A stretch of DNA of 64,000 nucleotides. Source: a virus. Each line of letters opens with the position of its first letter. Within the stretch, counting starts at the first letter, position 1. Location of the stretch: positions 1 to 64,000 of the IMG/VR virus record IMGVR_UViG_3300042865_000182. One strand, given 5' to 3'. The translations under genes and the position numbers were made by a program. Positions 54,470 to 64,000 of the stretch are shown here, one piece after another. The notes below the pieces were generated by a model. That model was not told the origin of the DNA, did no database searches, and was given only the letters and a program-made list of their open reading frames with translations.

Positions 54470-54534
54470 TAAACTTAACAGGTTTATTAAACTTATAAAA
54501 TTTTAATAGTTTTACAATATAGAATTATAAACAT

Positions 54535-57500
54535 ATGGGTACCTATTTACAAGGAGTTCAATCTATAATACCATCTATTCAACCACATGATACTGGATTG
54601 AATATGGTTGCTAATTTATTGCAACTTAAGCAAAATCAATATGATTCAAATTATAAGCAGTTAAACAAAATGTATGGTCAGTTTTATTATGCTGATCTTA
54701 CAAGAGATGACAATATTAAAAGGAGAGATGCAACAGTTCAACAAATTGACTTAGACTTAAAAAGAATAGCAGGTTTAGATTTATCTTCTGAACAAAATGT
54801 GCAACAAGCTATGCAAGTATTTAAGCCTTTCTATGAAGATGGTGCTTTAATGAAAGATATGGCTTGGACAAAAAACTTTAATAATACATATGGTGCTGCA
54901 GAAGGTTTGCTTAAAAGTGATGATGAGAAAGCTAGAAAACAGTATTGGGATGATGGTATAAGAGAATTACAATATAGGAGAGAGGAATTTAAGAATGCTA
55001 CTCCCGAAGAAGCAATGGGTGCTGGTAATGTAGTTTATACTCCATATATAAATGTAGCTGAGAAAACTAGAGAGCTTGCAAAAAAAGCTGGTTTATCATT
55101 TGAAAAAACTAGCATGAGTGCAGATGGTAAGTGGATACTTAAAAATAAAAATGGACAACTTCTTGTTGAACCCTTATCTAATTTATTTGAAGCTGAGTTA
55201 GGAAGAGATCCAGCAGTACAAGCTGTGTATAAAACACAGGCATATGTAAATCGTAAAGATTTTGCAAGAGGTGAAGCAGGTAAGTTTGGTGGAGAGAGAG
55301 AGGCTGAAATGGAATATTTAAGAGATGCCTATGGTAAAATGAAAAAAATTACAGAAAATAGACATGCTGATAAACAAGCCAATGCTAAAGTCTATGATTC
55401 TCAAATTGCAGATATACAAAAACAAATAAAACAACGAGGGTCAGATCCTTTATTAGAAAGAGAACTTGAAAAATATCAAGAAGCAAAAAAAGTTAATGAT
55501 GAGATATTAGGTAAATTAGATGAACAATTAAATCAATTTAACAATGCATACTCAAGCAGTGGTAACACAAGTACTGGTCAATTTCAAAATCCTTATAAGG
55601 ATATAAATCAACTTAGAAATGTAGTTGATGGCAACATGGCTAACATGTTAATGAATGAAGACTTAATGAATGCTGCTACAACTTTAGCATATACAGATGC
55701 TAAAGAAGACTTTAAAGAAAATCCATATGCTGTATTAGATGTTAAGCATGCACATCAAATGTCTGAGATAAATGCAGCAGGTTCTTGGAGATATCAAACT
55801 GAACAATTAAAAGCTCAAAGTAGATTACAAGCAATACAAGCCAAGGCTTATTATGATGAGTTTACTTATAGTGGAGAAAAGAAAGCTGCTAAAGCGTCAT
55901 CTTCAAGCTCTTCTGGTAAAAGTTTATCATACCAAGATGTTGCAACAGCTAACTTAACTATAAAAAATCCTGATGCATCTGAAGAAGATAAAAAAGAAGC
56001 TAGAGAAACAATAATTAAATTTGAAAAACAAGAACAAAAAGAACAAGAAGGTTCATTTAAAACTAAAGACAGAGAAAGTGCAACTGTATTACCTGGTCAA
56101 AATACACTTGATTTAGCTACAAAAGGTGGTACTACTATGTTTGATGCACAAGGTAAACCTGCTATGGTAGCTTTAATCAACATGTATAAAAAACAAATGG
56201 CTGCTGATTTAATGACAAAACAACAATTTGCACAAGCAATGGGTCTTAATTCTCATGTATTAAATGAAGGTCAATTAAAAAGTCCAGCATATCAAGGTAA
56301 AGGTGAGGGTGGATTACCATCATATACAGAAATGCATGAGTTAGCAACAAATCCAGATAAGTTATTAGAAAAGGTAAATTCTAAAAATGGCTTTGAGTAT
56401 ATCATGACTATGACTAATATGAAAAAAGCACCAACTGTTGTAACCAGCCCGACTAAAAAAATTGACCCTTATCTTGAAGCTGATGCAAAGAAAAGAGGTT
56501 ATGCTATTTACACTAGAGATGCATCAGGTAAAACAAATCTTTATAAAGACTATAGTCCACAAAATAATGCATATTCAAGAAACCCAGAGTTTAATTATTT
56601 AAACACTGTTATATCTAATGGTGCAAAATACATAAATACAAATCCAAAAAATACTCCAGTTCAAGAAGCACTTGATCAAGGACTTGGTCAAAAACTTGTA
56701 AATGCAAATCTTATTACAGATAACATGCAGGATTACAAGAACTATAGAGATAAAAGTAAACAAGCTGTAATAGATCATATGTATGGCAAGCTTGAGAAAG
56801 ATCCTGAAATGATTAAAAATTTTGGGACACCAATCTTTAAGAATGGTAAATATACAGGAACTGATATGAGTAGATTAAGAGAGGAGTTGGAAAATATGTA
56901 TACTTACTCTGGTAATCTTAATACTGACTATAAACCAAAAACTAACTATCAATTAGAAGCTGAAAGAGAAAGATATGTAAGAAATACACCTTTGTCAACA
57001 GGTAAAAGTGTATTAGGTGTTCCTGATTGGAGACGTACAATATATTCTCAAGATAAATTTGCTGCAGCAATTGAACAAGCAGGAGAAGATGCAGCTGGAG
57101 GTGGTAATTATTATAATTTAAAAGATATTGATAAAACAGAAAAAGATGTAAGTGAAGGGCTTTCTAGTAAATTTGCTACCGAATTTGCAAATAGTATAAG
57201 AGCTATTTACAAAGATGAAGCAATGACAAAAGAAGGTACAGCAATTGATGTAACTAGTAATATTCCTGTCCCAGGATTTAGACAAGTTTCTGATGGATCT
57301 GGTGTGGGTATGTTAGGTTTATCCACAACAGTAAACTTAGCCGCAAACACAGATGGTACTCAAGCATTTTATCAATTTTTAAATAACTGGGATAATCTTA
57401 AAAATAATCTTGATGGTTTAGAAAGTGTAATCAGCTTTAAAGGAACAACTGTAACTGGTTTTAATTCTGGTAAAGTTGATGAAGATAAAAAATTTGCTGA

Positions 57501-58158
57501 TAGCACAACCGGTTTAGGTAAAAGAATACTTGATGAGTTTATTAAATGGACTTCAAATCATGGTACTGCTGCAGATAAATTTGACATGGATGCCCAAAGA
57601 GTTGCTGTACAAAATATGGATCTTGGATCTATGACATTAATGTTACCTGAAAAATTCTTAAAATCAATTCTTAAAGATGAAGAAAAAAATCCTGATGGTT
57701 ATTTAGGAGAAACAGATTATGAAAATCTTACTAAATATGGTTTGTCAGTTATTGCACCAAATTCTAAATTTGATAATATAATGCATAATTCTATGACTAC
57801 TCCTCTTGCTGCTCATGTTAATTACAGAGGTGATTATACATATGAACATCCAACAGGACTTGGGACTTATAGAATTAGAAAAGGTGGTGAAAATGAACCT
57901 GAGTTCATTAGTGAACTTACATATAAAAGATATGATGGTTCTATAATTGGATCACCAATTACCAATTCAAGTGTAAATTTTGGTAGAAACTTAGAAGGAG
58001 ACATGGATGATGCAATTGGTGAATTAAATGATTGGGCATCATTTGGTATAAAACAAGTAATGCAACAACAACAAAATATTCAAATGCAAACTCCAGCAAA
58101 TGTAATTCAAAATCAACCAGCACAACAACAATCATTTAATTTTGGACAACCTGATTAA
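54535..58158 (+). CDS. Large putative injected (cargo) protein, 1207 aa
   Basis: ORF track; helical; position after tail genes as in crAss-like phages. Confidence 0.65.
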   Translation: MGTYLQGVQSIIPSIQPHDTGLNMVANLLQLKQNQYDSNYKQLNKMYGQFYYADLTRDDNIKRRDATVQQIDLDLKRIAGLDLSSEQNVQQAMQVFKPFYEDGALMKDMAWTKNFNNTYGAAEGLLKSDDEKARKQYWDDGIRELQYRREEFKNATPEEAMGAGNVVYTPYINVAEKTRELAKKAGLSFEKTSMSADGKWILKNKNGQLLVEPLSNLFEAELGRDPAVQAVYKTQAYVNRKDFARGEAGKFGGEREAEMEYLRDAYGKMKKITENRHADKQANAKVYDSQIADIQKQIKQRGSDPLLERELEKYQEAKKVNDEILGKLDEQLNQFNNAYSSSGNTSTGQFQNPYKDINQLRNVVDGNMANMLMNEDLMNAATTLAYTDAKEDFKENPYAVLDVKHAHQMSEINAAGSWRYQTEQLKAQSRLQAIQAKAYYDEFTYSGEKKAAKASSSSSSGKSLSYQDVATANLTIKNPDASEEDKKEARETIIKFEKQEQKEQEGSFKTKDRESATVLPGQNTLDLATKGGTTMFDAQGKPAMVALINMYKKQMAADLMTKQQFAQAMGLNSHVLNEGQLKSPAYQGKGEGGLPSYTEMHELATNPDKLLEKVNSKNGFEYIMTMTNMKKAPTVVTSPTKKIDPYLEADAKKRGYAIYTRDASGKTNLYKDYSPQNNAYSRNPEFNYLNTVISNGAKYINTNPKNTPVQEALDQGLGQKLVNANLITDNMQDYKNYRDKSKQAVIDHMYGKLEKDPEMIKNFGTPIFKNGKYTGTDMSRLREELENMYTYSGNLNTDYKPKTNYQLEAERERYVRNTPLSTGKSVLGVPDWRRTIYSQDKFAAAIEQAGEDAAGGGNYYNLKDIDKTEKDVSEGLSSKFATEFANSIRAIYKDEAMTKEGTAIDVTSNIPVPGFRQVSDGSGVGMLGLSTTVNLAANTDGTQAFYQFLNNWDNLKNNLDGLESVISFKGTTVTGFNSGKVDEDKKFADSTTGLGKRILDEFIKWTSNHGTAADKFDMDAQRVAVQNMDLGSMTLMLPEKFLKSILKDEEKNPDGYLGETDYENLTKYGLSVIAPNSKFDNIMHNSMTTPLAAHVNYRGDYTYEHPTGLGTYRIRKGGENEPEFISELTYKRYDGSIIGSPITNSSVNFGRNLEGDMDDAIGELNDWASFGIKQVMQQQQNIQMQTPANVIQNQPAQQQSFNFGQPD

Positions 58159-58166
58159 TAAAAGCT

Positions 58167-61100
58167 ATGCCAGAAAATATTCCTTTAAGTAATAGATTAT
58201 TATCCTCAGCAGGTATTAATCCATATGAGCAACAACAAAGTAATAAAGTTGAACCACCTCCATTTTTACAAAATGATATTAGTAAACAACTAAATGGAAA
58301 TGTACAAAAACCATTAACAGATGAAGAATATGTAGCAGAACGTGGTATGAAATGGTTGGGTAGAAGTTTGGGCAGACAAGATAGAAATGCTCAAATGACT
58401 CCTTATACATATAATGCAGGTGCAGGTAGTAATTCTTTTTATAAAACGTATCGTGCATTTGGTCAAAAAACATTTGATGAAGTTGGATTCAGTCCCTTTA
58501 AAAATAATGATGAAGCTTTTAATGCACAAACTAGTTTTTTAGATAGATTTTCAAGAACTATAGTACATGGTTTTGCACCATTATTTGCAAGAGGTTTTGT
58601 ATCTGGTCCTAAGAGTATGGCAAGAATGCTACAAGGAGATTTTGGAGATGATCCTGAAGATGCAAGAAAATATGCTGAAGCAGCTGCAATAGCACAAGAT
58701 ACTTCAGGAGGTGTTGGTGCTTTCTTTAATAATAGCCTAATGAATTTTGGTTATAGTGCAGCTATTATTACTGAAGCTATTGCAGAAGAACTTGCATTAA
58801 GTGCAATGGGTGGTATTGGTGGTGCAGCAAACTTGCCTAGATTTTTTGCTAAATTAGGTAAAGCTGCTAGTGGTGTTAAAGGATTTTCTACAGTAGTTGA
58901 TACAGCTGCTGGTTTAGGTAAGTCTATTAAATCACTTACAAATGTAAATAAAGCTAGAGAGTTTTTTAATGCTGCTAAAATTGAAGCGGGTCTTGAAACA
59001 AGATTAGGAAAGTTTGCTAACTTTTTTAATCCAGCAGAAAACTTACTAGAAACAGGACTTGATATTGCAAAAAATACAAAACAACTAAAAGGTTGGCAAA
59101 GATTTAATAATGCAACATTTAAAACTGCAGGAGCATTATATAGAGATGTCCGTAATATAAATATGGCATTATCTGAGGCAAGGCTTGAAGGTGGCTTTGC
59201 AAGAAATGATACATTTGATCAATTGTTTAATGATTATAGAAGTAAACATAATGGTCAACTTCCATCTGAAGAGATGAGAAATGCAATGATGAAAGAAGCC
59301 AATGAAGCTTCTAAACATTCACTTCTTGCAAATACACTACTTATTTATGCTAGTAATAAAATTACATTTGGCAATGTAGTTAATCCTAAATCAGGATTGT
59401 CTAGAGTGATATCTAAAAGAGTTGCTGAAGTTCAAAAAATGGCTGGTAGAACTACAATAAGAGAATTTACCAAAAGAACATTAGCTAGTGGTAAAGAATT
59501 ACTTACTCCAAAATTATCAACTGTAAAAGGTATTTGGGCTACAGCAAAAAAACAAGGTGTACAAAAAGCTGTTAAAGGTGTTATTGGTTACACTAAAGCT
59601 AACTTAATGGAAGGTGCACAAGAAGTGCTTCAAGAAGTTATTGCAGATACTGCTAAAAATTATCATTTACAAGCTTTCTATTCTCAACCTGTTGGTGAAT
59701 ATATGTATACTAAAGCTCAGCTTGATGCAATGAAAGAAAAAGGATTCTCAGGTATTTTAGGAGAAGCTTTTGAAAAACAACGGAGTTGGCAAGGACTTGA
59801 AACATTTGCATCAGGTTTTGTAATGGGTGCATTTGCATCACCATTAAACAGAGCCTTACCGTTTGCTCAAGAAAAATATATGCAAATCTTTAAAAATGAA
59901 CAGTATAAAGCAAATAAAGATATTATAGATAACTATGTAAATAGAATGACTAAATCTGTTAATGATACATTTGCTAAAAATCCTATTGAGTTTTATAATT
60001 CTAGAATTTTTGGTTTAGGTACTCAAACTGAATTAGCAAATGTAATTGATGGAGGTGATGCAAAGAGTTCTAGAGATGGTAAAGATGAAGCCACTATAAA
60101 AAGTATTACAGACTTAATTAAGATGGATAGTCTTAATATCTGGACAGATTACATGGAATCTTTAAAAGAATTAACTACTGAAGAGTATGCTGAAGCTGTT
60201 GGTATTTCTGTTGAAGAAGCACAAGGTCATACTGAAAAGTTAGATAAAGTAATTAATAGAGCTAAGGAGATAGAAAAAACATATAACCAATATAACAAAA
60301 AGTTTCCTAATCCTATTGATCTAAATGACTATGAAAAAGGAACTAAGGAATATGAAAAAGCTGAAATCTATCATACAGCTTGGGAAGAAGGTAAAAAGAA
60401 TGTAATTTTCTATCATGAGAATTATAAAGATACTTTAACAAGAATGCAAAGTATTTTTCAATCTATTGCAGAAGAAAAGTTACTTGGTAAGATAGACCCT
60501 AATAGAGTGCAAGCTTTATTTAAAGATGATAAATTAGCTGGTGAAATACAGATACTTGAGAGTGAGGTTGAAGGATTAAGAGGAATGACAGATCCTGTAT
60601 CTAAAAGAAAATTTAAGGAAACAGAAAGAACACTGGGTGTTTTAAAAGAGTATCAACAAGATTATGAAAACTTTATGGATCATTTCTTTGAATCAGGTAT
60701 GGTTGAAGAAGTAGATACAGAAGGTAAAGTTGTGAGAACTGAATTAGATAATCAAGTAATAAATAAATTAGAAAGCTCATTTAAGAGTTATATGAAAGCA
60801 CTTGCTAAGCAAAGTGATGATATAATATTAGATGATAGTATAGATGATGCTTTTGAAAAACTTATTGACTATTATAAATTAGGAAGAGAAGCAAATAAAC
60901 TTTCTGATACAGTAAATATGTTAAATAATCCAGAAGGATTCATGGATCATATTGAGAAAACATATGATTGGATGTATGAGATGTGGAATAACAGAGAAGA
61001 ATACATCCGAGACAACATAAATAAGCAGCTTGAAACACTTAAATTTAACCAGTTGTTAAATGACATGGCTGCAGTTGGTGTTTATGTTGACTTAAATGCA

Positions 61101-64000
61101 TTTGCAGAATTTAAAAATACAGGAGTAATACCTACTGAATTTTTTGATAATGTTAATAAAAGAGTAATTAAAAAAGGTAGTCCACTATATGAACAAGTAG
61201 CTAATAGATTTCAAGGTTTAGCAGTTATGCAACAAATACTTGAAGCTAATAAACCAACAAGTGAAAAACAAAAAGAAGAACTAGCTAGACTAGATGCAGA
61301 AGAAGCTGCTGCAATTGCAAGATTACCTAAAGTTTCTACTAAATTAGTTGTAAGAAATATAGATAATAAAGAAGATTTTAGCTTAAGAGTTGTAAATGAT
61401 CAATTATCTGAAGGTCAGAGTGTTGATGTTACTTATGAAGAAGATAGTGAACAAAAATCTGCTGTATTTTATAAAGATGCAAATGGTGTATTAAGATATG
61501 ATAATGAGCAAGGTGAGCCTGTTGATCTTAAGTTAAGTGTTAAATTTAATAGTGGACAAATTTTTGAAATACAAAATAGGCCAACAGATGAAGATGTTGC
61601 AGAAGTAAAAAAACAATATGATGCATTAAGAGCTGAGGCAGCAGAAAAGTTCATTGATGAAGGTATAAAACCATTTACAGCTGAAGATATAGCTGAGTTA
61701 GATGCAATAAATGCTGATACACCAGTAGAAGCAATGCCTGCTGATTTAAAACAACAACTTGTTGATGCTTATGATGATTACAGAGAAAGACCTGAGAATA
61801 AAAACATGTTTCCAGCATCTCTTACTGAAGAAGATTTACAAAATAAATTTGAAATATTTATTAAATCTGAACCAGAAGCATTAGAGATTATTGAGAAATA
61901 TGTAAAAGATAAAAAGTTAGAAGCTGCAACAACACCAGCAGGAGAAGTAATAGTTCCTAAAATTACTCTTCCTAATGGAGAAGTTATATCTGCAGATGAG
62001 GCAACTGATGCTATATTAGATGCAACACTACAAAGATATAGAATGCTGATTGCTGAGTTAAGTTCAAAAGGAGATGAAATGACAGATGATGAAAGAAAGA
62101 ACTTAGCTATCTATAAAAGCAAAGCCAACATACTTTCTGGATATATTGAAAACAAAAGGATTGGTGAGATGAGTCCTGAACTTAAAGCAGCCAAAGCTAA
62201 AATTGATTTGCTTTTAAAAGAACAAGATAAAATCAAGAAACTAAAAACAGGCTATGATGTAGAAGGAGAGATACTCAGAAGAGTAAGTAATGTAATTGAA
62301 GTTCTTAAAGATAAGAAATATGAGTATCCAAGAATGCAGGATATCAGAGTTATCTTTAATATGACAATTGGAGCTGGTGGAACAGTATCTGACTTCATGA
62401 CTCAATTAAAGAATGCCAAGCTTCCAGGATTTAGTGAAGATACATATGACGCACTTGAAGAAGATATAAAAGAGTTTATGACTCTTACCAGTATAACTGA
62501 TCAAGATGTACTTAAACTTCAACTTGAAGGACTAAAAGAAGATCTTAAAGTAGAAGAAGGTGAGTTTGGTAATCCGGAAAGAGCTCTTGAAATAAGAAAT
62601 CAGATAGCTATTCTTGAGAAACAAGTTAAACAAGAAGCTCCTACCACTAATCAAGCTGACATAGAAGCTAAGAGAGCTGAAGGAACTAATGTTAGAGGTA
62701 CTACTTATAAAGGAGAAACTACTGAAAAAGATGGATTAAAAGTTACTGAGTATTCTGAGTTTAGACCTGATGGAAAAAGAATTTCTAAAGGTGGTAGAAT
62801 AATGTTACCTGCAGAATTTATAGAAGAGTATAATATAACTGATCAAGATTATTTAGATAGTCTTGAAGGAGCTGCAGAAATAAGAGTATATCAAGTAAGA
62901 GTAGGAAAAGATGGTAAATCAAGTATAAGCATACAAGGAACTTTTCCAGAAGGAAATGTAGAAATGGAAGTTGGGGGTAAAGAATCAATTGCATCAACTA
63001 CAACTCCTGTTGCTGATATAGAAAAAAGAACTACAAAAATAATATCTTCAGAAACTGTAGAAAAAGGAAATAAAAAAGGAGAAACAAGAACAGTAACACA
63101 AACTAATTCTGTAGAAGATTTACAGGGTACAACAGTAAGTGTGACAGAGTATGAAGCAAAAGTTGGAGATACTACAGTTACTCTAGGAGGTAGGAAAATG
63201 ACTTTTAAAGAGTTTAAAGAAGAATTTCCACTAGATGAGGATTATGAAGAAATACTTGGAGATTGGCCAGATTTAAATGATGATACAATAATTACAGTAA
63301 GAAAAGTAAAAAGAACTCCGAGTAGTTCAAGGTTTAAAACTGTTGTAACTATTGTTAGCCCTGTATTAGGGGATAAAATGGATGTAATAATTAAACAAGA
63401 TGATGCTAAATATGATGCAGAACTAGATGCTTTAGAAGGACCTGCTAATCAAGCTGAGATAAATGCTAAGAAAGCTGAGTTAAATAAATTAAAAGAAACT
63501 AAAGAAAACCTATCACATCCATATGATAAATTAACAACTGCTGCAGAAAAAGCAAACTGGATTGAGAAAAATACTAGAGTAGTTAGAAGTGCTTTTAAAA
63601 CTGATGAAGAGTATATTAATTATTATGAAACTAATAGAAATAAATTTATTAATGCAATAGCTCAAGGAAAATCTAAAGTTGATGCAATGTTAGCAATAGA
63701 TTCAATTAATGTTGAGTACTACAGTAATCCTAAAAATGAAAAAGCATTAAATGAAGATTATGCTAATGTGTTGCGCAGTTATGCTGTTCCGTTAGCTTTA
63801 ACAAGTGAACAAAAAGCATATACTAGTACTGGTAAAATTGTTTCTTTATTAGATGGTGTTAATATTAAAATTGATGAATTAACTAAAGAAATAGCTGAAT
63901 TAGAAAAAGCAACTACTGCACCTGCTGTTGAAGCTTCTGTAAGTTATGAAGATCTAGTAGCTAAATCAAGAAGTGAGGTTGGTGTTATTGGACCTAACTT
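58167..64000 (+). CDS. Giant virion protein (>1940 aa, truncated at window end); candidate cargo / virion RNA polymerase-associated protein
   Basis: Absent from the ORF track, presumably because it has no stop; MPENIPLSNRLL... and the window end (...AKSRSEVGVIGPN) read open in the same frame; no RNAP catalytic motif noticed in the visible part. Confidence 0.75.
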   Translation, partial: MPENIPLSNRLLSSAGINPYEQQQSNKVEPPPFLQNDISKQLNGNVQKPLTDEEYVAERGMKWLGRSLGRQDRNAQMTPYTYNAGAGSNSFYKTYRAFGQKTFDEVGFSPFKNNDEAFNAQTSFLDRFSRTIVHGFAPLFARGFVSGPKSMARMLQGDFGDDPEDARKYAEAAAIAQDTSGGVGAFFNNSLMNFGYSAAIITEAIAEELALSAMGGIGGAANLPRFFAKLGKAASGVKGFSTVVDTAAGLGKSIKSLTNVNKAREFFNAAKIEAGLETRLGKFANFFNPAENLLETGLDIAKNTKQLKGWQRFNNATFKTAGALYRDVRNINMALSEARLEGGFARNDTFDQLFNDYRSKHNGQLPSEEMRNAMMKEANEASKHSLLANTLLIYASNKITFGNVVNPKSGLSRVISKRVAEVQKMAGRTTIREFTKRTLASGKELLTPKLSTVKGIWATAKKQGVQKAVKGVIGYTKANLMEGAQEVLQEVIADTAKNYHLQAFYSQPVGEYMYTKAQLDAMKEKGFSGILGEAFEKQRSWQGLETFASGFVMGAFASPLNRALPFAQEKYMQIFKNEQYKANKDIIDNYVNRMTKSVNDTFAKNPIEFYNSRIFGLGTQTELANVIDGGDAKSSRDGKDEATIKSITDLIKMDSLNIWTDYMESLKELTTEEYAEAVGISVEEAQGHTEKLDKVINRAKEIEKTYNQYNKKFPNPIDLNDYEKGTKEYEKAEIYHTAWEEGKKNVIFYHENYKDTLTRMQSIFQSIAEEKLLGKIDPNRVQALFKDDKLAGEIQILESEVEGLRGMTDPVSKRKFKETERTLGVLKEYQQDYENFMDHFFESGMVEEVDTEGKVVRTELDNQVINKLESSFKSYMKALAKQSDDIILDDSIDDAFEKLIDYYKLGREANKLSDTVNMLNNPEGFMDHIEKTYDWMYEMWNNREEYIRDNINKQLETLKFNQLLNDMAAVGVYVDLNAFAEFKNTGVIPTEFFDNVNKRVIKKGSPLYEQVANRFQGLAVMQQILEANKPTSEKQKEELARLDAEEAAAIARLPKVSTKLVVRNIDNKEDFSLRVVNDQLSEGQSVDVTYEEDSEQKSAVFYKDANGVLRYDNEQGEPVDLKLSVKFNSGQIFEIQNRPTDEDVAEVKKQYDALRAEAAEKFIDEGIKPFTAEDIAELDAINADTPVEAMPADLKQQLVDAYDDYRERPENKNMFPASLTEEDLQNKFEIFIKSEPEALEIIEKYVKDKKLEAATTPAGEVIVPKITLPNGEVISADEATDAILDATLQRYRMLIAELSSKGDEMTDDERKNLAIYKSKANILSGYIENKRIGEMSPELKAAKAKIDLLLKEQDKIKKLKTGYDVEGEILRRVSNVIEVLKDKKYEYPRMQDIRVIFNMTIGAGGTVSDFMTQLKNAKLPGFSEDTYDALEEDIKEFMTLTSITDQDVLKLQLEGLKEDLKVEEGEFGNPERALEIRNQIAILEKQVKQEAPTTNQADIEAKRAEGTNVRGTTYKGETTEKDGLKVTEYSEFRPDGKRISKGGRIMLPAEFIEEYNITDQDYLDSLEGAAEIRVYQVRVGKDGKSSISIQGTFPEGNVEMEVGGKESIASTTTPVADIEKRTTKIISSETVEKGNKKGETRTVTQTNSVEDLQGTTVSVTEYEAKVGDTTVTLGGRKMTFKEFKEEFPLDEDYEEILGDWPDLNDDTIITVRKVKRTPSSSRFKTVVTIVSPVLGDKMDVIIKQDDAKYDAELDALEGPANQAEINAKKAELNKLKETKENLSHPYDKLTTAAEKANWIEKNTRVVRSAFKTDEEYINYYETNRNKFINAIAQGKSKVDAMLAIDSINVEYYSNPKNEKALNEDYANVLRSYAVPLALTSEQKAYTSTGKIVSLLDGVNIKIDELTKEIAELEKATTAPAVEASVSYEDLVAKSRSEVGVIGPN

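Noticed and set aside
6769-61654. Minus-strand and nested alternate-frame ORFs overlapping the large plus-strand genes (e.g. 6769, 9471, 16721, 30176, 48513, 58279, 61469)
   Set aside because: Shadow ORFs fully overlapping better-supported genes, with antisense-typical composition and no expression signals
1-64000. Stop-codon reassignment as in some crAss-like phages
   Set aside because: The standard code already gives dense, long, intact ORFs, and TAG and TGA act as real stops (e.g. 15453, 23943, 8990)
58167-64000. Firm call of virion RNA polymerase
   Set aside because: The catalytic DxDxD motif was not seen in the visible part and the ORF is truncated by the window

Overview
This AT-rich window looks like part of a crAss-like (Crassvirales-type) phage genome, probably infecting Bacteroidota, read in the standard genetic code. 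The assignment rests on gene order and protein motifs; no database search was run. Positions 1-5.9 kb hold small minus-strand genes. From 3.4 to 5.9 kb they form a run of short cassettes, each preceded by a conserved 14-bp motif (10 copies), interspersed with structured non-coding segments. Transcription diverges at about 5.9-6.2 kb. The plus strand then carries candidate small RNAs, accessory genes (HExxH protein, Acb2/Tad1-like, GroES-like, DUF3310), fibre/receptor-binding genes and a lysis module. These are followed by HU/IHF-like and PD-(D/E)xK genes, TerL, portal, a scaffold-like protein and the major capsid protein. Next come nine small Lys-rich proteins, a ferritin-like protein, a block of very Cys-rich virion proteins, ring and tail-stabilisation proteins, and large putative injected 'cargo' proteins, the last of which runs off the window end. 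The most interesting signals are: (i) the promoter-ORF-terminator cassette array; (ii) several structured ncRNA and antisense-like sRNA candidates around the divergence point; (iii) a recurrent [F/Y/M/K]xxGG peptide motif shared by cargo and small basic proteins, next to an EAEGGE/GPxH domain that might read or cleave it; (iv) the Cys-rich/ferritin block.
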